64,000 nucleotides of DNA, from assembly GCA_001724265.1 (NCBI GenBank), contig MEDY01000078.1, positions 1 to 64,000 of the forward strand, in the 5' to 3' direction. The notes under the pieces were generated by a model that was not told where the DNA came from, made no database searches, and worked only from the letters and a program-made list of their open reading frames with translations. This document shows positions 55,370-64,000 of this stretch, one piece after another; the first letter of the stretch is position 1, and every line of letters starts with the position of its first letter. Both the position numbers and the translations under genes were made by a program. The DNA comes from Rhizaria sp. SCN 62-66 (lineage: Eukaryota).

Positions 55370-58300
55370 ATGGACGCTCACGGCGACGCAAGTACAGCGT
55401 CTCTCGGCGTCGTGGTGAGCGACACAGCCACATCGATGTCGTCATCAAGCCCAGATACAACTTCACAGTCGCAGTCGCCGCAGAGGCCGCCGGCCGCCGA
55501 CGTGCCGCTGCGCCCCTTCGTGGCCTCCAACGCGTCCTCTGTCCCGGACTCCGGCGCAGCAGACGCCGGCAGCAACGACTTTGGCAACAACAACAACAGC
55601 GGCGGCGGCAGCTATAGCACGAGCAACACGTTCAGTATGGCCTCCAGTGGTCCCATCGGGAACGATGCTGCTGCCGTCGCCGCTGCCGCCGCTGCTGCTT
55701 CGACTGTTGCTGATGCCGCCGCTGCGATACGCGAAATCGACGTGGACCCGGGCGGCTCTCTCAACCACGGTCACGGCCACGGCCACGGCACTATTCACCC
55801 TGTTGTAATGTCGGACGACGACAACGCACACGCGCACGCGCACACGGCGAACGCCGCCGTGGGCAGCAGCAGCGCCAGCAGCAGCAGCAGCGGCTTCGGC
55901 GTTGGCGGCGGCGGCGGCGGTGGCGTTGATGACGGACTAGAGCTGCCCCTGCTGCTCGAGTCGCCCCCTCTGGTAGCGGCGCAGCCCCCGGCGTCGGGCG
56001 CCTCGGCCCCGCTTCCGCCTCTCGGCTCAGCTGCAGCCTCAGCTGCAACCACACGCGCAGGTGCAGGAGCAGGAGCGGGGTCAGGGACGGGGGCGGGGGC
56101 TGGTGCGGGTGGCGGGGGGATCATGGGGTCGGTGATTGGTGCAGCGATGCTCCCAAGCACGGGCATTAGTTCTCATCCGCACTCGCATACTCACTCGCTT
56201 CCTCACTCTGGCTCTGGCTCTGCCGCTAGCGCTGGCGCTGGCGCCGGCCCGATGAATGACAGTGACCATCAGCAACAACAGCAGCAGCAACAGCAACAGC
56301 TACAGCAGCATCAACTTCAGCAGCAAGGTCACTTCGATGCTGCGGTTGCCGCCGCGGCTGCGGCGGCTGCGGCTTCTTACAGCGCCGGTGGTAGCAACAA
56401 CAACAACAACAACAACAATATTAACAACAGTGGCAATAACTACACAGGCACGTCTGCCCACGGGCACGCTCATGGGCACGCTCATGGTCACTCTGCTCTT
56501 CCAACGAGTCACGGCGGACACAGACACGACCTTGCCCACAGGCTCGGCCACACTCAGAGTCAGAATCTCGACCACAGCCAGAGCCATAGCCACGGCCACG
56601 GCCACACGGGCGACTACGGTCACGGCCCCGGCCAGCCCAACCACGCGCATCCCCCAGTGACGGTGAGCAGCGTGGAGAGTGAGAGGATGGCGAATCACAT
56701 CCTCGCAGCGGCCCTGGCTGCCAGCAACAACAGCAACAGCAACAACAACATCAACGGCAATGGTCCGTCTGCTCTTCCAGTCGCAGGTGCAGTCTCCGGT
56801 CACACTCACCACAACCGCGCTCAGGGCCACGGCCACGGTCCCAGCCCCGGCCCCGTCGGCGTCAACGCTCTCGTCCCAGTCGCCTCCTCTGCCGCCGCCG
56901 CCGCCGCCGCCGCTGCCGCCGCCGTCGCCGCTGCCGCTGCCTCTGTGATGACCGTGACCCCCGCGCCGCCCGCGGCCCTGACAAGTCCCGCAGGCCCCGC
57001 GGCCGCGGGAGGCGGCGCGAATCAGTCTGTGGCGGTAGCGGTGCGCATGTCCGAGGCCGAGCTGGCGGCGGCGCGCGCGCGGCTGCCAGCCTCGGTCGCG
57101 GGGCGCAGCGACGAGTTCGTGACGGTGTACGTGCAGCTCGCCAACCGGCAGCGGCACAAGAAGAAGCCCGTGGTCGAGTCGACGCGCCCGCAGCCGCCGC
57201 ACTCGGTCTACACCTACTACACGCACGCCAATCGCGCGCGCGTGGCGGCCACGATGCCGCCCGATACGGGCTTCATCGAGGTGTCCCGCGCGCTGGCGGT
57301 CGAGTGGGGGCGGCTTACTGAGGCGGACCGCGCGCCATACCAGGTACGAGCAAATAGAACGACTTATATCACATCAAATATTTTCATTGTATTTCGACTT
57401 AATTAATTCGTTTAAACTAAATCAAATAAGTTGGTATTCTCATGCAACCGTTTTATATCGTCTTGAAATCTATCTCACTTTATACTCTTCTCAACTCTTG
57501 TGTGGTATCCGTGGTCTTCTAGGCCCTGGTGGACGAAGACCGGCTGCGGTACGAGGAAGAGCTCCAGATGCTCTCCGAGGCCGACCTCCAGCGCGAGGAA
57601 ATCAAGCCGTTCCCGAAGCGGCCCCGTGCGAGCGGCCCCAAGCGCGCGGTGTCTGCGTTCCTGTACTTCGCGCAGCAGAACCGCGGCAAGATCAGGGACG
57701 ACCATCCGGGGCTGTCATTCTCGGACGTATCGCACCGGCTGGGCGAGGCCTGGGCGCAGTTGCCCGCGGAGCAGCGCGCACACTTCGAGGAGAAAGCCAA
57801 GGACGACAAGAACCGGTTCTTCGACGAGAAGAAGACGATGAAGGCCAAGGAGGCGGCTGAAGCGGCCGCGGCGGCCGCGGCGGCGGCGGACGCCGAGGCG
57901 GCCGAGGCCGAGGCGGCGGCGGTGGCGGAGTCGCGGAACTCTGTCGCCGCGGCCATTCTCGCGGCGTCGGTGGGGCAGCAGCAACACGTGCAGCAGTTTC
58001 AGCAGCAGCAACAGTTCCAGCAACAGTTTCAGCAGCAGTTTCAGCAGCAGCAGCAGCAGTACCAGCAGCAGCAGCAGATTCAGCACGCGCAGCAATCCTC
58101 CCAGCAGCAACAGCAGCAGCTCCAGCAGCAGCAGCAGCAGCCGCCGCAGCAGCAGGCGGCACTGGTCAGTTCGCACGCTCACGGTCTCTCAGTGCCCGTG
58201 CCCGTACCCGTGTCGGTCGTCCCTGTGGGAGTTCCCGTCCCAGTCCCGGTCGGCGTCTCGGCCCAACTGCCGGGAGTACCCGTGGGTCCCGGCGGGGTAC

Positions 58301-58508
58301 CCGTGGGGGTCGGCATCGGCGGGTACCACCTCCCGTCGCCGTTTCACCCGCACCCTCACGCGCACGCGGCCGCGCCCCCGGCCCACGGTCACTCGGTCAA
58401 CGTCGGCGTCGGAGCTCACGGGCACGGGCACGCGCACAGTCACTTTTCGCAGATGTTACCGCCGCCGCTGATGCCGATTCCGCACCACATGCATCATCTC
58501 GCTTCGCA

Positions 58509-58565
<57 letters not shown>

Positions 58566-60199
58566 AACAGCGGCGGCGGCGGCCGCTGCAGCTGCGGCGG
58601 CGGCGGCCGCTGCAGCGGCAGCTGTTCCTGTGTCCGGCTCTGTGGCTGGGGCCATGACTGGAGTCCCGGGCGCGGGCGCGGGGTCTGTCGCTCCGCCGCC
58701 GCCGCCGCCCAACCTCGGCGCCTTCCACCCGCACCCACAGCTCCACAGCCACGCGATGGGGGCCCACAGTCACCTGGGCGCCCACGGTCACTCCGTCCCG
58801 GTCCCGGTGTCGGTTCCGGTGGCAGTGTCAGTGCAGGGCCAGCCCTCGCTCCAGGGCCCGCCCTACCCCATGCAGATGCCGCCGCACATGGCCGGTACGT
58901 TGAAGCACAAAACGGGGGATATAGCGGCAATATTACAATGTATTTTGAATATAATACTATAATATGTTAAACTATTATATTCGATGATATCATGTTTTAC
59001 AAATTATCACTCATATCTTGAATCTATGCAATGTTTTGTTCGCTTTCCTTTGCTTCAGGTATGCCGATGCACACCTCTCAAGCAACCGCCGCCGCCGCAG
59101 CCGCCGCAGCCGCTGCCGCCGCCGCAGCCGCGCACCAGCATCAGCACCACTTGCAATATCAGCACCAGCTGCCGCTGCCGCCGCCGCCGCCGCCCGCCGT
59201 GGCCGCGGGCTTGCCCCCGCTGCCGCACCTACCACCGCACCTGGCCGCCGCACACGGCCACGTCGCCGCCCACGGCCACGGCCACGGGCTGCTGCCTCCC
59301 AGCATGATGCACCTGCCGCCGCCGCACGCGATGGCGCTGGGACTCGGGCTGGGGGCGGCGCCGCCGGCCGTTGCCCCCCCGGCCCCGACTGCGGCCGCTG
59401 CACCTGCAGCTATGACCACAGCGACGACAAAGAGTGACGCTGTGACTGGCAATGCGAGCGCTGGTGACACTGCGACAGCGACGACGGCGGTCGATACGCC
59501 GATGTTTAGGTCGCGTGCTGCCACGGCGGTGGCCAACGCTGGCGCCGGCGCTGCAACTGGGGCCGCCGACGCAAGCGGCCCTGACATCGGCAAGACTAAC
59601 AGTGTTGCGGCCGCCGGCTCTGGCGCTGGCTCTGGCGTTGGCGCTGCGGGGGCCGGGGTGAAGCGGAGGTCGCCGGACTCCGACTCTGGCTCCGGCTCCG
59701 GCTCTGTCGAGATTGCTCATGCCGCCAGTGCCGTCGCACCGGCAGCCCCGGTCTCGACCCCGGTCTCGACAGCGACAGCGACAGCGGTCAACGCGGGCGC
59801 TGGCAATGGCAATGGCGCGGCAACGGCACCGTCAGCACACAGCCACGGCGCCCCTGCTCAAGCCGTCTCTGGCGGCGGCGCTGCGTTGAGCCTCGGCGTC
59901 AATGCCAACGTCGTTGCTGCCGGCCACACGAGCCTCAACGTCAATGTTGGTGTCGATGCCGGTGTCGGTGTCGGGGCGGGTGCGATGCCTCTGGGGTCGT
60001 TTAGCCCGTACCTCTCAGCACACCCACATCCTCACCACGGAGCTCACGGTCACTCGGCTCACGGTCACTCGGCTCACGGTCACTTCGGACTGGGTGAGCT
60101 GGCCGGCCCGCCTCCGATGGCGGCTACTGGGGCCAGCGAGACGATCGGCCAACAGCAGCAGACGCAGCAAGCTCAACAGCAGCAGCAACAGCAGCAGAC

Positions 60200-60236
<37 letters not shown>

Positions 60237-60275
60237 CAACAACAAGCTGAGCAAGGGCAACAGCAGCAGCAGTAA
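55370..60275 (+). CDS. Double HMG-box protein embedded in polyQ/polyA/His-Gly low-complexity sequence, ~1520 aa. Model: join(55370..57343,57523..58894,59059..60275). Start uncertain: another in-frame ATG at 55016
   Basis: HMG box 1: PQPPHSVYTYY...FIEVSRALAVEWGRLTEADRAPYQ|ALVDEDRLRYEEE. HMG box 2: PKRAVSAFLYFAQQNR...FSDVSHRLGEAWAQLPAEQRAHFEEKAKDDKNRF. Two introns keep the frame. Confidence 0.88.
58507..58563 (+). repeat. CAG/CAA repeat encoding Q19 in the HMG-box gene, followed by poly-Ala
   Basis: Read directly. Similar polyQ tracts occur at ~9448-9477, ~10019-10069, ~27929-27975 and ~60150-60272. Confidence 0.9.
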
Positions 60276-60945
60276 AGAACTGGCTGATGTTGCTCTATGC
60301 AGAAACTATGCAATACTTTCTCATTTGACTCGGTATATGAAACGCAAACGTAACTAATTAACTCTAACGATAATACATAGATCTTATTTCTCGACCTCTG
60401 AAAGCGAACCAATGCGCACGTAACTGTATTTCTTCATTTGATTATGATTATCACTCACTCTTGTTTCGTTATCTGTGGGTCGAAATTTGTTTATTTAACT
60501 TTTTGTATAATTGGTGATAACTGCACTGTGATACGTTTTGTAAATCCTAATAAACGTACAAACTATGAGTGAGAAACAGTAACGACTCGAAATCATACAC
60601 ATTGAACTTATGGCCTGAACATGGCCAAGATTAGCAGAGATTAGTGAAGCTTAAATGAAGTGAAAACTGAGAGAACGAGAGAGAAAGTGACTGTAGCAAT
60701 AGCTGCGGAAGCAATAATGAAAGAGACAGCATGACAGCCAAAGAAAAAATGCACTTTGAAACTAGAGTCACATGTCACAATCCAATATTCTTGACAAGTT
60801 CTCAGCTCGTCACAAAACACTTCATAAAAGCAGAAAGAAAAAAAAACAATAATCTGTGGCTATGATCACTCTGTCACGCTGTGATGCCGTTACACTGCTC
60901 CAATGAGACACGCTCGCAAAATCGCACTGCAGCGTCTTCCTCCCC

Positions 60946-63766
60946 TCACTCGACGGACATCTTGCACGTCGGACAAAGCCGGTTCCCCTTGAGCCAGCGG
61001 TCGATGCAGTCGCCGTGGTACACGTGGAAGCAGGGCAGCGTCTTGACCTCGTCGCCCTCCTCGTACTCGCACAGGCAAATACCGCACATGTCCTCCTCCT
61101 CGGCCTCCGCGGCGGCCGCGGCGGCGGCGGGTGACAACGGGGCCGCGGCCGCCGCCGTCGCTGGCGCTGTGCCGTCAGCGGCAGTCGCGGCGGCAGCAGC
61201 AGCAGCCGTGTCGCCAGTCGCGGCCGCAGCAGCAGTGGGGCTGGCGGAGGCGGCGGCGGCGGCGGCGGTGGGAGGAGTCTTGTGCTTCTTCTTGTAGGCA
61301 CGCACAGGCAGTGCGCGCATCGTCTGCGCGTTCGCACTGTGCAGTTGATGGCAGGTAACAAAGCAAATAGAAATAAAATAATATCACAAGGGTGAGTAGA
61401 GTATGACGAGTAAAGCAAAACACATCACAAATGACCATTAATATCGTCCCAATGCATGAAATAGACGTGAAACCACAACAATTCAATAGCGTCATATGCC
61501 GATGGAGACACTGCGCATGTGTGGACACGTACCCGACGGGCGCGCCTGGCCTAGCCGCGCCGCCGCCGCCGGCCGCCGCGGCGCGGTGCGCTGCGACCAT
61601 GGCCGACAGCAGGTCGTGCATCGACATGCCGAGCTCGCCGTTGCGGCCGTTGGCGCTGCCGCTGTTGCCTGCCTGTGCCACGGCGTTGTAATGCCGCCGC
61701 ACCAGGTGGTACGTCGGGTCGTCGCGTGGCAGGCGCTGTTGGCGATCGACCGAGAGAAAAACAACAAAAAGAGAGAATAAAACAACAAAGATAAGGGAGT
61801 CCCAAAGTAAAAGTGTGCAAATAAATCGATCTTAATATTTTGTTCCTAGATATCCAACAACTAATTGAACAATGAAACATATCCGCGATATATATCGTGT
61901 TTTAAATGTAATCTTACCTCAAGCACGATGCGCAGGCGCTCCTGATAGTCTTCGCGAGTCATCTCGCCGCTGGACCGGAAGCGGAGCCCACCAGGGGCGC
62001 CCGCGCCGCGCGGCTGCCACGCGCTGCTGCGCAAGGCGGCGCGGCTCTGCGCGTCTTCTTCCTCCTGCAGCTGGCGCGCCAGGCGCTCGTCCTCGTCCAT
62101 CTGCGCTCGGCGGATCGCCTCCCAGCGCAGGGGCTCGCCCTGCAATAGTACAAAACAGACATATGGAACACGAAATAAGATGATATATCGTAGAAACGAA
62201 ATAAAAGTATAATTAAAAGAAAAAGCACATGACTCTATAAATGTCAGTTCTTGAAACTGTGATACATGTCCCCAAATGTCCCTAAACGTTAGTATAACGT
62301 AACGTACCTGCGCGAACATGGTTGTGCGCAGCGTGACGAGTCCGCTCCGGGGCTCGGCCGCGACCACCTTGAACGTGACGCCGTCAATGGGCACCTCGTC
62401 GCCCACGGTCACCAGCGCCATGCGGCCCACGAAATACGGCTCCAGGTACCGAAAAAAGACCTGGTCCGGTGTGATCTGTTTCTCGCTGTTGGGCAGTGTC
62501 TCGTAGACGGGCAGCAGGTGGATCTTGGTGATGTCCTCCAGCGGCGCGCCGTCGGTGAAGATCTCGGTGTCGGCGTCGACGTACCCGTTCGCCGGCTGGC
62601 ACGCCACGGCCTTGAACTGCACCCCGCGGCTCACCAGCACGTCGCCCTGGGAGATGTGTGGCGCGCCCCCACTGCCGGCGCCGGTAAGCAACGGCCGAAC
62701 ATAGTCGCGGAACAGGACGTCGGCCGCAGGCGGCGAGTTGGGGTTCGGCAGCGTCGCGCGCACGGGCAGCAAGTGGAGCTTGCGGATGGTCTCGAGCGAG
62801 GACACGGGGGCGCCGAGGGAGAACACCGTCGTGTCGGTCGTGACGCCGTAGAACGGGTGGCACGACCCGACCTTGAAGTCGATCTGGACCCAGACCAAAA
62901 CACAAAAAGCATACACATAACATGAGATGTCACTGAATTAAAATTATCATGGACATAAATACGTCTAGATTAACTAGCATCCGCGGTTTTTAATTAAAAT
63001 CCCTTGTTTAAACTTAGGTTTAGTTGTTTTCGCCCAACGTACGTGGCCAATCTGGAAACGTTCGTCGCGCGCGATGGGCACCCGCCTGCCCCGAAAGTAC
63101 GGCGCCAAGACCTGGGTCGCCACATCTTGCGGAGACATGCGGGAGAACTCGTCCGTGACGGACTCAACGAAAGGGTGCAGTGTGACGCGCAGCACCGCCT
63201 GCTGCTGAGGCACGATCTGCTGCTGCTGCTGCTGCTGCTGCTGTCCCTGCTGTTGTTGCGGTTGTTGTGATTGCGATGCGGGGGCGCCAGTGTTGTCGTT
63301 AGCGGCAAGGCGGGCGTAGCCGTTGGCGCCGGAGCCAGCGCCACCGGCGGCGTCGGCGTCGGCATCGGCGTCGCCGAGCAGCGACGGCGATGCTAGCGAC
63401 GAGCTTGCGCCGCTGTTGTTGTTGTTGTTGGGAACGTTAGCTGCAACGGGAGCGGCGACAGGGGGCAGAGGGTCGGCGAGTGAGCCGCAGCGGACGCAGA
63501 CGGAGGCGGCGCCGTTCAAGGCCTTTTCCTGTGCGGGGTGTTACGAGTGAGATGAGGTTGTTGGAAATTGATGAGAAGTGAATAAGTTTGCATAATATGT
63601 TTGATTCAATCTAAATATTAGCTGCATCATTGAAAACATAGTCATTCGCAGTATGATAAGTTATTTATCATAGACTGTGCGATATATGGATATATAAAGC
63701 GAAGCGTACCCTGCCTCCGCAGTAGGAGCATGAAAAGGGGGCCGGCTTGGTGGATTTGTTGCCCAT
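60946..63766 (-). CDS. RING-H2 E3 ubiquitin ligase with N-terminal MG and zinc ribbon, three CDC48 domain-2-like repeats and an MIU/UIM-like helix, 644 aa. Model: complement(join(60946..61336,61533..61735,61918..62139,62308..62883,63043..63528,63710..63766))
   Basis: C-terminal CGICLCEYEEGDEVKTLPCFHVYHGDCIDRWLKGNRLCPTC. N-terminal MGNKSTK..CSYC..CVRC. DEDERLARQLQEEE helix. Five GT-AG introns have consistent phases. Confidence 0.88.
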
Positions 63767-64000
63767 TTTAGCGCTGAGAGTGGTGGCAAACCAGCGGGTT
63801 GCGTGCGCTTCAAGTAGGATAGAGAGCTGAAGCACGCTGCTGTGTCAGCGTCGGGAGGGTCAGAGTGAGAGCGTGTCGCAAACAGACGGCAGCCGACCGA
63901 GCAAGCAGCAGGGGGGAAGCGTCGCTGTTGCTGGTGCGTCTGCGGACTAGGATGACAGATTTGCGCACAAAATGCTGCGGATTGCGATGTCTTTAGTGAT

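Noticed and set aside
61736-61760. Apparent non-AG acceptor (TTTTCTCTCG|GTC) in the RING gene
   Set aside because: A canonical CAG at 61738-61736 gives an in-frame join (RIVLE|RLPRDD).
1-64000. Selenocysteine or UGA recoding, tRNA/rRNA/snRNA genes, CRISPR arrays, transposases
   Set aside because: No in-frame TGA in any reconstructed gene (TGA terminates four of them) and no recognisable signatures of these elements by eye. The repeats present are coding microsatellites.

Overview
Gene-dense nuclear DNA of a flagellated/ciliated microbial eukaryote; the lineage cannot be identified from this window. Exons are very GC-rich and encode Ala/Gln/Ser/Asp low-complexity proteins. They are separated by short AT-rich GT-AG introns (25 reconstructed by hand, 113-238 nt, 21 of them starting GTACG). 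Twelve genes were reconstructed: a >2400-aa probable pseudo-SNF2 protein running off the left edge, a coiled-coil protein with one in-frame TAG, a CBS-domain protein, RRP1/Nop52, a DUF1295-like membrane protein, a mitochondrial-type C-terminal J-domain protein, TMEM216, a CCT-domain protein, an intronless ~6660-aa REJ/GPS polycystin-1-like protein, 14-3-3, a double HMG-box protein, and a RING-H2 ligase with three CDC48 domain-2-like repeats. No rRNA, tRNA, CRISPR array or recognisable transposon was seen. The most notable signals are the in-frame UAG with no UAG among 11 terminators, the CDC48-like-repeat E3 ligase, the degenerate SNF2 motifs, the channel-less giant PKD1-like protein, the GTACG donor consensus, and AT-rich synonymous patches inside long exons. 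All family assignments come from motif recognition by eye, not from database searches.
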